Positions 11,346 to 24,640 of a DNA stretch of 64,000 nucleotides are shown piece after piece. The number at the start of each line of letters is the position of its first letter. The stretch's first letter is position 1. Origin of the DNA: Eledone cirrhosa (taxonomy: Eukaryota). The notes under the pieces were generated by a model that saw only the letters and a program-made list of their open reading frames with translations, did not search any database and was not told where the DNA came from. Position numbers and translations under genes: made by a program. The stretch covers positions 193,688,001-193,752,000 of the forward strand of contig OZ024742.1 of assembly GCA_964016885.1 (NCBI GenBank). The letters run 5' to 3'.

Positions 11346-13164
11346 ACATACATATTGAATGGAGAATAACTGCAAAACCTTCATTTTCCGTGACATATAT
11401 TCATGCGAAGCTCCGAGTCCACCGGAAAAGACAATTTAGTATGTATGTATATATTCTATCATGTATAGTATAATAAAATATGTGGGTGTGTTTGAGTGGG
11501 TGTAAACGACAGTTTGAGTTACATACCTATTTGACAGAACGTAAATAGTGCCTTTGATAAATAGAGATTGATAATAATATATATACAACAGACAAAACAA
11601 CTACTGCTCAGATCTATATAATCTATAACCATCTCTTCAAAACCTTTGCTTCAGCATTGCGGCTGACCAATGATAATTCAGACTACTAAAATATAAAATG
11701 ATGATACCTTCTCTCTGAATCGTTGCCGCTGCAGTAGTTTAAGTACGCAGTGGATATTTAAATGATTTATTCATGTCAATGTATATTTGTATTATTATTA
11801 GCGAGATGTTTCATTGTCTATGTTATGTTCTGAACAGAAATGTCACCTGTCATTTTCTTCCTCTCGAAGGAAATGCCCTTAATATATACACATTATTAAG
11901 CAATAGCAGTAACGACAGAAGTACAAAAATAAAGCATGCTTATTTCTCATGTGAGAATGTGTATACATTTGTAGTAGGCGTTTTATCTGGATTAAAATGA
12001 CTTGATAATTTGTTAATAGATTAATCTTGACGATTTATTTTACATCAACGTTGTCGGGTAACGAATCCTTCCCCAAGCAAGTATTAAATAAATTAACTAT
12101 GAATTCATAGACATACAGCAATTGTACATAATTATATCCATTTATCTTTACGGAGCGTGGCTGAAGTTTAAGATTCCGGGTTCGATCCCATTATATAGCT
12201 TTTAACATATCCTCGGTTAAAATGAAGTCCAACGAGTGACATTGATAGATCGAAATTCAATGGAAACCACTCCGAAGGATAGCAGCTCTAATTCAAAGGG
12301 TCAGCCTTATCACAAATTTTGTCATGTTAAATCACCCCCAAAATCACATCAAGAATGTTACTGCTGCCTCTAATACTTAGCCACTTGCTGTTAGCTCACC
12401 TGGCATATTCATTTCCAACACAAAAGAGCGTCCACTAGTAGGTCAACTTAAAATCTAGCACATGAATTAAAATGTGTATGGTTGAGTATTCCACAGACGC
12501 CTGTAACCCTTATATAATTCCTACAGTGAATTAGCGTGACACAAGGCTTAATTTGATTCAAGGCTATGGTGAAGACACTAACCGAAGAGGCCTTTCAGTA
12601 GCATTGAAGTCTGAATATAGACTTTGACTGGACTGTTTGCTGCTCTAGTACTGGGATGATAATTTTGTTCTTCGACCTCGAAATATGAAAGACGAAAGAG
12701 GAAGTTGATATCGGTGTAAGTGGGACTGTAAATCAAGAATAACAACATCAAGCTTAGCTGAGATGCACAGTTTTACCACTTAATATTTGGCTGCTGTAAA
12801 GGAGAGTTTTACTTATGTATCCATAGTTTTGTCACATTTCCCCAGTTCAACATGTCATTCTCTCTCTATGTCAGGGTTACTCAAACTTTTTGAAACGTGG
12901 ACTCCCTTTTGCTACAGAAACTTTTTGGGGAGCCCCGAAATCTAATACTGGTTATGGTCGTAGTATAAATATAATTCTCTACTTTTTTCACGGAGCGCCA
13001 GGCACTCCTTTGAGGAACCGAAATTGGAAACTACTGCTCTACGTTAAAAACTAATGATGTAGTAGGGGCGCCGACCTAAAGCACAGACACTTAGCTTGTC
13101 TTTGGCATTTTAAACCAAGCGGAACAACCACAATCTCTGCCAGATGGAGAGAAAAGAAGAACGG

Positions 13165-13312
13165 ACCACTAATATACTGGTATTTTATCCACCAACAGAG
13201 AAAGAGAGGAAATTGAAGCCCGGCGGAATTTGAACTCAGAGAGTGCTGAGGCGGAAATCTAGCGAAGCAATTATAATTTGACACCCTAATGACGCTACCA
13301 ATACACTGCCAT
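13165..13312 (-). mobile_element. Diverged SINE copy
   Basis: tactggtattttatc...cggcggaatttgaactcaga...ctgcc. Confidence 0.55.
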
Positions 13313-14289
13313 CTAAACGTCAGATTGTTATTTCCTATAAATCTGAAAGTATAGAATCTAAAGGATGGTCACGTGAACATTTTCGCTTTGCTATATTTTT
13401 CTAAACACTATTTTAATTTACTGTGAGCGGTTAAAACGAACGCAACTTTGGTTCCTTTATTTTTTATCAATCCTTTCATCTTATTTCATCGTCTATATAT
13501 TTTTTCTTTACAAGTTCATCTGCCACAACGAAAGTACATTTACTCAATTAAAAACATTTAGTATTCGACGAATTATTATTTTATGACAAAGGGAAGATTA
13601 TTGGAATTCAAAAGCAACGTATTTTATTTATCTGATTGATTGAATTATATAATCACTGATCAATATGATTTGAAAAGTGAGAGGTTATGATACAGAAAAA
13701 TATATACAATAACTCTCTTGTAACATTCTATTGATGATAGTATAATATGGGAATATTATATCGTAATGTTTCGTATTTTATATAATCACTATGTTATTCA
13801 CAAATATGAAAGAAAATGAATCAGATGGATAATGAATAGCTATTTAGCAAAGAAAATATTCCTAAAAGATTGAGACTGCTAAAGAGAAAGAGAGGGTGAT
13901 GTAAATAATATACTCACACACATATATAGACACACACACACACACAGAACAACACATATAGATACAAAGAAACACACACGCAGATATGGTCATACAGACA
14001 AACAGACCGATAGATGAACAGACCGATAGACGGAAGGGCGGAGAGACAGACACACAGACACACATATAGTCATACAGGCACACAGACCGACATACACAGA
14101 CCGACAAATATATAGATAGATAGATAGTCTGCGGTATAGGGGTAAGGAATACCACAAATTAGAGAACTAATTGATACATTGTATAATGCAGTGTGTGTAT
14201 ATTAGTGAAAGTAGGGGATCAACCGCAAGCACGTGCGGTTTCTGCTTGTTATCTCTTCCCTTCTTTGTCAGAGAAACCTCACGAATTTA

Positions 14290-15995
14290 AGGGAGGAGGC
14301 CGGTTTAATTTATGGTACAATTGTTTCATAAAACCTACAGTTTGAGAAATGTGTCCGAACACGGAAGAAACGAACCCCCACTGTCATCGGTAGAGGGAAG
14401 AGATGAAGATGAGGAATAAATAAAACAAAATAAAGGCAGCGTAAAGAAAGTGGAGAAGAAAAATCGACATGACAAAAGGCAGTGTCGTAATGGTGTGTAA
14501 AATAGGGTCCCATTGTCAGGTCCTATTGGCAAGTTACTTGAATATTGTTACCCTGGGTAGAAGTTCAATTAGAAGCAAAATTAAAAATAATTAGTATGTA
14601 AGATTATAGATAATGAACACAACCACAGGGATAAAGTCCGAACGTGGAATAGCCGAACTCCCACTATCATCACCTCCATCTCTCTCGCCCTCCCCATCTC
14701 TCTGTATGGTGAGCAAAGGGGGTCCTACATGCTGGTCTCTCCACAGCCCCAGCGGACAGAGTGGAGAAGGCGTTTCCCCGGAGGGTGATATGGGAAGCTA
14801 TAACTTCACAGCACAGGAAGAGTGGAACGAGTTGATGGTGGTTAGATGAGGAGAGAATCAAGTTATTCATCACACATAGACATACATGTATCACGTGCTC
14901 AGGCACACACTCACACATGTACGCAAGGAAAGAACCACATGGAGGACAAAGAGGGAAAACAAAGCATGTAATAAGGAAGAGAGGATGAAAGAAGGAAAAA
15001 AGGGAAAGAGAAAAACTGGAAGAATAAAAAAGATAAACGGTAGAAAGAGAAAAGATGACAAGACTAAAGGCAATATGGGGTGGACGGGTAGAAAAAGGTC
15101 CTTAACATCTGGTATTGGAAGAAAGGGTCAGATAGAGGCTAAGAGTTGACAGTAAATGGGAAAGGGAGGAGGGTAAGATAGGTGGAGGTAGAGGGTACAC
15201 GTACAGACGTCAAATATATAACCTTCCACGTCCACAGGCTAATATATAATTATATTATTAAATTTTAAACAAAATGATCTAAAATATAATTTAGACTAAA
15301 TTAACATTTAAGCGAAATCAAAAAAGAAATCCCTATTTCTAAGATAGAACGAAGACGTAGAATATCAATGACAGATATGAGAGAGCAAGTGAGTAGTCAT
15401 GTATGAATATAATTTGGGAGACGGTTAAGGGATTTGGGATTGGAAAGAACCTTGTAGGGTGGAATACTCGGGTCGGAAATGTAGACAAGTTTTTTTTTTT
15501 ATCTATTTCCTCTCGGGCCGACTCTTGTGCCTGGACGTCGGATGTCGAGGTTGAAGTGGGATTATCCGTTATCCGCCAGGGGCGTATGTAGGTTTGAAGT
15601 AGAGGTACGATTTCTGGATAAGGTGTCTGCATTTAGCAACTAGTTTTGTTGCCTTTTCAAATAGAATGCAAAACGTTTTACCGAGCACAAGTTATAGGGG
15701 CCACCTCTCCCTTGTTTGGCTGGGCCTCGGTGTTGATGCTCGAGTTAAGTTTGTAAGGTATTCCTTTTCTCGTAAACTCTACACAAAACTGGAGAGGATT
15801 GTGGTATGCTTCTTGTCCTGGTGTCAGAAAGAGTGAATAGATCACGTAAAGCGGGATTTGAAGCTATTCATCGTCATACCGATGTACGGCTTCTGTTGTC
15901 CATTTGAAGTGACGTGCCATCTGTATACTCATCGGTAGTTTGGCATTGGCTGTCCAGTGGGTACACACTTTGTAAGCGCGTTTACCGAAACCTAA
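14290..15995 (-). mobile_element. Decayed Hydra-like PLE 3' fragment (GIY-YIG remnant + putative 3' UTR)
   Basis: The minus strand near 15580-15990 gives PLDSQC, YIGMTMNSFKSRF, TILSSFV and NLCSVKRF, paralleling the endonuclease of the intact element. The extent of the UTR is uncertain. Confidence 0.68.
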
Positions 15996-16189
15996 CGGGT
16001 CACTTGATATATATCTCCGAAGAAGAGATTTCATCTCAAAATATCAAGACAGATAAATAAAAAAAGGTAACACATAGCATCTTGCTTCCTCTTATTTTCT
16101 TGTTCATCCATTTCGAATTGTCGTGGCCTTCAAACTTCACACTTTTCTATACCATATACAATGCTTCAAGCAAACTTCCTCTTATATAT

Positions 16190-16235
<46 letters not shown>

Positions 16236-16377
16236 AAGAATAATTTCGAAACAGCGAGTGGGTTTGAAATTATTAGAAATGTAAGCTATCGCCGTATTTG
16301 GACTAAAGAAATTAAAGAAATTATTGAGCCTGATAGCGGGGTTAAGAACCCTCGGAGAAATGGAAAAAGATGAATAT

Positions 16378-16444
16378 TGACGTACATGGGAGTCGAACCC
16401 ACATCTTTGGTTATCCGGACCACTGTGCTACCATTTACACCAAC

Positions 16445-16446
<2 letters not shown>
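16378..16446 (-). other. tRNA-like sequence (SINE head or tRNA pseudogene)
   Basis: A box TGGTGTAAATGG; D arm gtgt/gcac; anticodon-like arm tggt/acca; T arm gtggg-TTCGACT-cccat. The 5' acceptor strand is lost to (TA)n. Confidence 0.7.
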
Positions 16447-16477
<31 letters not shown>

Positions 16478-18177
16478 TGTGCGTGTGCGTGTGTGTGTGT
16501 GTGTTCTAGTCTTGTAGAAGCCATATCTATATTAACATTTTGATGTTTTCATTCTACTAATGAATTGAGTACCTTATTCAATGTGGTTACCCACGATTTA
16601 ACTCTGGACAGACAGAGAGACAGAGAGACAGACAGATGTATTTGCATATGTTAAAAGTTAAGAGCAGTAAAACCATTATTCAGTTTATTACAATGAGAAA
16701 GAAATAAAATCCAACAGATATATTTCTCATACACTACGGAAACAGTAAAACCTGAACCTTATAATAATTAGAATATTGTATGTTAAATAGACTTTAAGCA
16801 TTATTCCGTATATGTAAAACACATTGTCTCTCTGTCTTTGACTATTGCTGCTGCTATGTCAGCCACAAAAATTACGTATAACTTAGTATTAGTTTTATGC
16901 GAGAAATTAACCTTCATCGGTACGAGTTCAAATTACCATACTGACCAAAATTTAATGCTCACATTTTTATGTAGTTCATACCCAGACTTTTATAATAAAT
17001 ATATAATTTCCTTATACAAGGCTATTCATTAACAAAATACAATTAGCCGAAACTATCCAAACACACACAACACAAAATACTATTAGACAGTTAGATATAA
17101 TTACAACCACAATAGTAAAACTGTTCTTATCGTCGATTTCACAGAGTCATTAGTATGTAGCGTAGAATGCCATGCGGTGTACGTTCCGGCTCCCTTTGTT
17201 CTGAATTAAAATCCTGCCGTGTTCAACTTTGGCATAAGTTTGGGGGCTACAGCGTGGCCTAAGCCGGATGGCTGGAACAGGTAAAATAGTAAAAGATGAA
17301 ATCTCAACGGGTGTTGTAGGTCACAGTAGAAAAAGCAAAATACAATATGTATTATTTTCATTAGACAAACCTACCTAAATACTAAATACCACAAATGTTC
17401 ACTTGACAAGCAACACCGCATAAAATAAAACCACAAAACTGAAACTAAGATCAACTACTGCATAATAGCAGAAACCTGAACAGAAATGTTTGTATGCTAT
17501 TTAATCATAAATCGGAAACGTGATATTATTTTATGTATATTCATTTAATATGCATATCTTTAGGTTTTGGACCAAGCGTCCACGCGCCCTTCTTGAGAGA
17601 CCGCAAAACGTCTGGGTTTGATAAAGATCAGTTTTCCGACGACTGATGGTGACGGTAATTTGTAAGCTGAGGTAGATTTAATTGTAGTCTCGGATATACT
17701 AATACCCGAGGCTACTGCCAAGCAACTCACCAGGAGGTCGTTCGAATCTCTAACTCATGCCGTCTAATTGTAAGGTTTCAGTTATATCATCTATTCAAGT
17801 AGAGTCAAGCAGATATTTGATGGAAAATATAAATGAAAATAGAAACATGTACATCTAATTACTGTATTTAAAATATTCCCGTCAGACATCTAATATTAAG
17901 TTGGAATATTTAGCAAGAGAAAGGCAGAAAGAAATGTAGAGGATTTGTAATCATATAGATGCTATAAGATTGCTAAAAAAAACGTTAGGGACGATAATTC
18001 ATAACACAGTTAAAGTAACATTTTTTAATTACAGTGTCGATTTCAAAATAATATAGAATATGTTGCAAATATCTGATAAAATTAATTCTGTTTTCTATTC
18101 AATTTCCCACCTACCCATCATTATATAACATTTGCTTTTCCCAGTTTTCCCTCATCGTATCTTTCATCCAATTTTAT

Positions 18178-19672
18178 AAGTATGTTCTTCTGGTTTTATA
18201 ATTTCATAAAGTTTTACCAATAGAGAGAGGGTCGATTTCAAATATAGACACAAGGCTCTCTCATTAGAATTGACACAACATCAACTAGGTAGATATGTAT
18301 GTATGCATGCATGTGTAGATATGGATGTTATTGTATGTGTGGATTTGTATGTTTTGAGTTGTATGTATGCATGTGTATATGCTTTACATCTGTACATGTG
18401 CATATGCAGTTATTAGATGCATCCTTTTGGGAATGTTTTACATATATTTTACTAATCTTTGATATTATATTGGCATCTGCTGGGCAGCTAATTTCCACTA
18501 CTGTCCATGTTTTCTTCTCCCTGTCCCATATCATAATATCTGGTCTGTTATGCCTGCATTTTATTGGGGGTTTTACTGGAACATTCTACCAGTACACTTT
18601 CATATTATGTACATGGATGACTTCCACATTACTGTAGCTTCTAATGTGTTTATTATCGGGTCTATCATTTTTAAGAACTGCATTGTACAGTGTTTTGGCC
18701 ACTACATCATGCCTCATAGGTAGATAGTACCGCGATGACATCTTTGGACAGCTGCTGATGACATGGGTGATACCCTCGATGTTAGTTCTGTAGAGTCTGC
18801 ACTTGTTATCACATCTAGGTGCTTTGCCTGCATCCCTATCTCTTTTGTGAATCAGGTATTTCGTGCTAATCTCCTGTTCCTGAATTGCAAAAGCGTATCC
18901 TTCAAAGTGGGAGCCAATATAGCGGTTGTTGGTCCAAGATAGACTATTTTCCTTATCTATATTACTCTCACTCTGGAGCTTCCTGGCAACATATCCATGC
19001 ATGATTTTTTTGCTGATAAGCATGGAGTTTTTCATCGACGGATTGACTGCGATATTGCTGAACGACATCCCTGTGTGTGAGTTTTTGATTATCACACAGG
19101 GAATATCTCTCGAGGAGTTCCTTCCCAACTCTCATGACCTTATCTGTTTCATGCAGATAGACTTGCTCGAGAAACGCTTCGAGGTTCGTAGATGTTGTCG
19201 GAGAGATATGTTGCGAAATTCAAATGTTGTCTGAACTGACATTAGGCCTCTGCCTCCCTGCTTACGTTTCAGGTAAAGGCGGTCTATGTCACTGTTGATG
19301 TGGAAGTTTCCGGTCTTGTTCAGTATTTTTCGAGTTCCAACATCAACTGCTTGGATTTCGTCTATCGTCCAATTGAGTATTCCAAACATTGGTGTTAGGA
19401 GAGGCACAGCAAACACATTGTGAGCCTCGGTTTTGTTTGGCGCAGAGAGTTCCGATGACCAGATCTTTCTTAATCGGGTGTAGTATTCCCTGGTTACGCG
19501 TTCGTTATTACAAATACCATTATAGGATATGTGTTCATCTATCCTCAGGTATCTGTAGCAGTCCTCATTAGATATCGGTGAAACAGTTAGCCCATTGATG
19601 ACAATGTTTGTAGATTGGGTTGTTATTTTTCCTCGCTTTACAGTCATGTATGAGCCTTTATCTTGGACGAAC
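18178..19672 (-). mobile_element. R4/Dong-like family A 3' fragment (RT end, thumb, CCHC knuckle, part of REL)
   Basis: ORFs 19132-19722 and 18586-19128: DIDRLYLKRKQGGRGL, AIQEQEI, CRLY...ITHVISSC, RHD. The 3' UTR matches 10610-10852. Confidence 0.87.
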
Positions 19673-20441
19673 TCTATTTGGAGATATAATTGGAGTACAC
19701 CATCCCTCATATGGACTATCATACATGTAAGGCTTCATTACTGCTAACCAACAATTCTTTTCACAGTCTCATGCTTCCAAACTCTCTTGATCTGCCTGTA
19801 CACCCTCTTTTTGCACTGCTCGTGCTTTGATGCATCTATGCTTTGCTTTGCCTTATATATATTTTTTGGGGGGAGGGGGGTCCGGGCTTTTTGTTCCTTT
19901 ATTGTTTTGTATTTTTGTATTTATCACTTTTCTTATCCCAGTATTTCTGTACTTTTTTTTTTTTGTTATTTTCTTATATTTTCTGATTGTTTCTGATCAT
20001 GCTGAGTAATACCCTCTCCCAACCTCTTTATAATCTATTGCACCATCTAAGAGATAAAGTTTTGGTGTACTTTTTAATTTTTAATTTTAAGACATTTTAA
20101 GACATTTTATGACATTATGTGCATCATGTATTTTGACTTTTTCCATATAGAGCTAGCCACGGAACCTCCCTGTTGGTCCTTTAACCTTGTTCTGGTGACA
20201 CAGCTCGATGGAGCATGCAACTACTGATATACTCATGTTTATAGTCTCTGAAGGTTCCTGACCTGGTGTATGGATGAAACACTGTTATCTAATAAAACAA
20301 TGTATTTCTAAGCACTCTTTGGTTATTCCTATAACTATAACGGCTCTGTAGTATACTAGTTACCCTACATTGAGCTAAAACCACACTCTCATACCAAGGG
20401 CTATATATCTACATGTCTGGGCATATTGATATATTTGTCAA

Positions 20442-20480
<39 letters not shown>

Positions 20481-20481
<1 letters not shown>

Positions 20482-20628
20482 CGAGTAAATGTGGTACGGA
20501 ACCAGATGGACCATAACGCACCAAAGAACACAATACTTAGATTAGTATAGTGGGTAATAGGAACGAGTAATTAGTCCAGAATTAGCCGTCGAAACGGCTT
20601 GAGCTCAGCCGTCGGGGTCCTACTCGTT

Positions 20629-20669
<41 letters not shown>

Positions 20670-20816
20670 CGAGTAAATGTGGTACGGAACCAGATGGACC
20701 ATAACGCACCAAAGTACTCAATACTTAGGTTAGTATAGTGGGTAATAGGAACGAGTAATTAGTCCAGAATTAGCCGTCGAAACGGCTTGAGCTCAGCCGT
20801 CGGGGTCCTACTCGTT

Positions 20817-20861
<45 letters not shown>

Positions 20862-21008
20862 CGAGTAAATGTGGTACGGAACCAGATGGACCATAACGCA
20901 CCAAAGTACTCAATACTTAGGTTAGTATAGTGGGTAATAGGAACGAGTAATTAGTCCAGAATTAGCCGTCGAAACGGCTTGAGCTCAGCCGTCGGGGTCC
21001 TACTCGTT

Positions 21009-21053
<45 letters not shown>

Positions 21054-21200
21054 CGAGTAAATGTGGTACGGAACCAGATGGACCATAACGCACCAAAGTA
21101 CTCAATACTTAGGTTAGTATAGTGGGTAATAGGAACGAGTAATTAGTCCAGAATTAGCCGTCGAAACGGCTTGAGCTCAGCCGTCGGGGTCCTACTCGTT

Positions 21201-21202
<2 letters not shown>
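20481..21202. repeat. Four tandem 150-bp units separated by (TA)19-21
   Basis: Units 20481-20630, 20669-20818, 20861-21010 and 21053-21202. Units 2-4 appear identical; unit 1 has 3 substitutions. Confidence 0.95.
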
Positions 21203-21281
<79 letters not shown>

Positions 21282-21395
21282 TCATATATGCACACACATA
21301 TATGCATATATATACTCATATATATATTCATATATGCATATATATGCATATATCCACGCGTACATACATACATACACACACATATACATACATAC

Positions 21396-22220
21396 ATATG
21401 GGACAGGGAGAAGAAAGCATGCACAACAGTGGAAGTTAGCTGCCCAGCGGATGCCAATATAATATCAAAGATTAGCGAAAAGTAGAATATTTATGCAGAA
21501 CTGATGAGAAATTTGCAGATATTCCACCCTGATTACACCTTCAGATTTATGTCTGTGATTATTGGGGCACTGGGGTATGTTAGTAACTGCCTCAATACAA
21601 ATCTTGAGAAGCCAGGCTTCACAGGAACAGAGAGAACACAACTAGTTAGGAAATTACAGGTAATCCATTAATGGAACAGTAAAATTATGTAAAACATTTC
21701 CAAAAAATGTGCATCTAATAACTGGATATACACATGTACAGATACAAAGCATATGCACATGCACACATACAACTGAAAACATACACATCCACACATGCAA
21801 TAACATCCATATCTACACATGCAGACATGCATACATAATCTACCTAGTTGATGTTGTGTAAATTCCTATGTTAGAAACCGACTCTCTCTCCATTGGGAAA
21901 AAATTTGTGAAATTTTAAAACCAGAAGAACACACATACATACTTACATAGATACACCTTTAGCTTCATACCCATCATTATTGGAGCTACGGGTTATATAC
22001 CAAACCGCTTGGACCAAAGTATGACTGAACTTGGATATGCGGACAAAGAGCGCAGATCCCTTATCCATAGTCTACAAATGGCTGCGATAACTGACACCTT
22101 CAAAATTTGCAAAACATTCTTGCGATTCAAGGGATGACAATTTCTTTTCTATTACAATCTTGCTACCAGGAAGGTGGCCGGTCAAGAAAATATACTCGAA
22201 GTTAAGAGAAAGAGATAACA
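21396..22220 (+). mobile_element. R4/Dong-like family A 3' end followed by family B 3' end
   Basis: 21396-21930 matches 10296-10852; 21951-22220 matches 11078-11345; (TACA)-like tracts at the junctions. Confidence 0.85.
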
Positions 22221-22385
22221 ACATATATACATACATACATGCACACATACATATAAAATTGGATGAAAGATACGATAAGGGAAAACTTGGAAAAGCACAT
22301 GTTATATAATGATGGGTAGGTGGGAAATTATATATATATATATATATATAGGCCATATATATATATATATATATATATATAGGCC

Positions 22386-22423
<38 letters not shown>

Positions 22424-22538
22424 CGTATGGTAGCTGAGATGCTTCCATACGCGGTATGCCGGTTGAGCACTCTATGCTCTTACAGAGCAGAGTATGATAT
22501 AATATAATATATGATATAATATGAGTATGATATAAAAT

Positions 22539-22717
22539 AATTGTTTCTACTTTTGCCACAAGGCCAGCAATTCACCAGTACATTACTGGTACTTTATTTT
22601 ATCGACCCCGTAAGCAACTAAAGGCAAAGTTAACCTCGGCGGGATTTGAACTGAGATCATAGAGACGTAACTCTATGCTTCAAAGCATGGGGTCCGATTC
22701 TCTACCGATACTGCCAA
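22539..22717 (-). mobile_element. tRNA-derived SINE
   Basis: Same family as 8296-8476. Confidence 0.8.
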
Positions 22718-23222
22718 TATATTCGGTCGGATGCCTTACACCAATAAGACAATATGCCTCAACCACAGTGATATACTCGGGTATGCCCTCCACGCACCCC
22801 ACTGCAGGTGTATCTTTTCAATAGAGAGTGCATACCCTCTACGTATTCCTTTTTGTAACACTTAATGTATTTTCCGTATGCAGACCCACGTGTGTATCTC
22901 ATACTTATCTTGTGTACTATCTCATATGGATACACGTTCCTTCTGCTATTTTTATATATATTCTGCATGCATTTTCTTTGTACGGTCTGCCCATACTATG
23001 TACTGTAATTCCATGAACGCTCATTATGTGGAATTACGTGAAGAATCCATACCTGGTTTGATCCATGTTCGCAACGTAACAACATCTCTGTAGACACATA
23101 CAACTGGGCGCACCCTTTCATGTATAGCACACTGTGTAGTTCTATGAGCGGTTATATGTATATTTGTAATATTTTTTTATATTTTTTATATTTTATTTAT
23201 TTTTTTATATATATGTATATAC

Positions 23223-23287
<65 letters not shown>

Positions 23288-23395
23288 GATGTGTGTGTGT
23301 ATGTATTTTTTATGTGTACATGGTTATAACAAGATGCATCTTTTCATGTACGACCCGTTGTGTATCTTTATATGACTTTGTGTGCATATTCTGTT

Positions 23396-23455
<60 letters not shown>

Positions 23456-23467
23456 TATTATTTTTTT

Positions 23468-23580
23468 ATGGTCTGAGTTCAAATCCTGCCGAGGTTAACT
23501 TTCTTACAGGGTCGATAAAATAAAGTACCAGTATTACACTGGGTAATTGCTGCCCTTGTGCCAAAAGTAGAAACAATTAT
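23468..23580 (+). mobile_element. SINE fragment
   Basis: B box GAGTTCAAATCC, core and tail gcccttgtgccaaaagtagaaacaatt. Confidence 0.75.
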
Positions 23581-23644
23581 GTTTTTATGCGTGCGTGGGT
23601 GTGTATGGGAATATGCGCATATTTGTAAGAGTGTATATGGGCTA

Positions 23645-23704
<60 letters not shown>

Positions 23705-23788
23705 TGTCTGTGTGTGTGTGTATACATGCACCCCTGTAGGGGAAGAGCTTGTTTGTGTGTATATATGTATATATATATATATATATAT

Positions 23789-24640
23789 ATGAAAGACGTA
23801 AAATAAGAAAATTTTAAAAATTAAAACTTAACTTACTAAAATTTTCACTCCAACTAATTACTTTCTGTAAGGGGATAAATATAGTTACGTAAGATAACTA
23901 TAGAGAATACCTTAGGAGTGAATATTTTAGTAAGTAAGTTAATTTTAAAGTTAATTTTTAATTTTTAAAATTTTCTTATCTTACGTCTTTCATATAATTG
24001 TTCTGCATCCCCCTGCATAGACCCAGAAAGGTAATAAGACATAACATATATATTTGCTAGCATGAGTATACATCTGTATACATATGTTGGTAGATATACT
24101 AATTTTCTATATCTATCTCCAAACTATTTGTTGAGTAAAACTTGCCAAAATTTACTGCTGTGATTCATGGTAGTAGTACACTATTGTCATAATACCACCC
24201 CATCTATCACTGATTAACCTCAGTGTCACGTGATTGATCCTTTAGAATCTGCCACAGACCAAAGAGGCAGTGCATTTTTTCAGTGCGTTGGAATTTACTC
24301 CCCGCTAGCTTTGTTCCATCCACTGAATTATTATTTTCATATGGGTTCCTAGTGTCCGCGCATTGCCTGGGAACTTAGCTGAGAATAGACGCCCTGATGA
24401 CGTAGGTATTCTCCAAAGTTATCTTACGTAACTATATTTATCACCTTACAGAACTAATTAGTTGGAGTGAACATTTTAGTAAGTAAGTTAATTTTTAATT
24501 TTTAAAATGTTCTTATTTTACGTCTTTCATATAATTGTTCTGCATCCCCCCGCATAGAACCACAAAGGTACTAAGACATAACATATATATTTGCTAGCAT
24601 GAGTATACATCTGTATACATATGTTGGTAGATATACTAAT
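23789..24640. mobile_element. Non-coding mini element with inverted + tandem pLTR-like architecture
   Basis: 23789-23912 is the reverse complement of 24404-24530; 23915-24105 repeats at 24464-24640 (period ~537 bp); flanked by (TA)n. Confidence 0.75.

Noticed and set aside
11773-12000. Possible host exons (acceptor-like sites near 11869, 17563 and 53547)
   Set aside because: Short, no recognisable protein similarity, no consistent donor sites or frame; cannot be supported without RNA data.
20243-20291. HHR-like CTGAAGG...GAAAcactgTT (similar weak hits near 850-885 and 5580-5625)
   Set aside because: Core substitutions and poor stems; at best decayed relics.
20481-21202. CRISPR-like repeat-spacer appearance
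   Set aside because: The repeats are 150 bp, the spacers are plain (TA)n, there are no cas genes and the context is eukaryotic.
24388-24445. Functional HHR at CTGATGA 24394
   Set aside because: GTAA replaces GAAA and no stem I pairing is visible; kept only as a resemblance.
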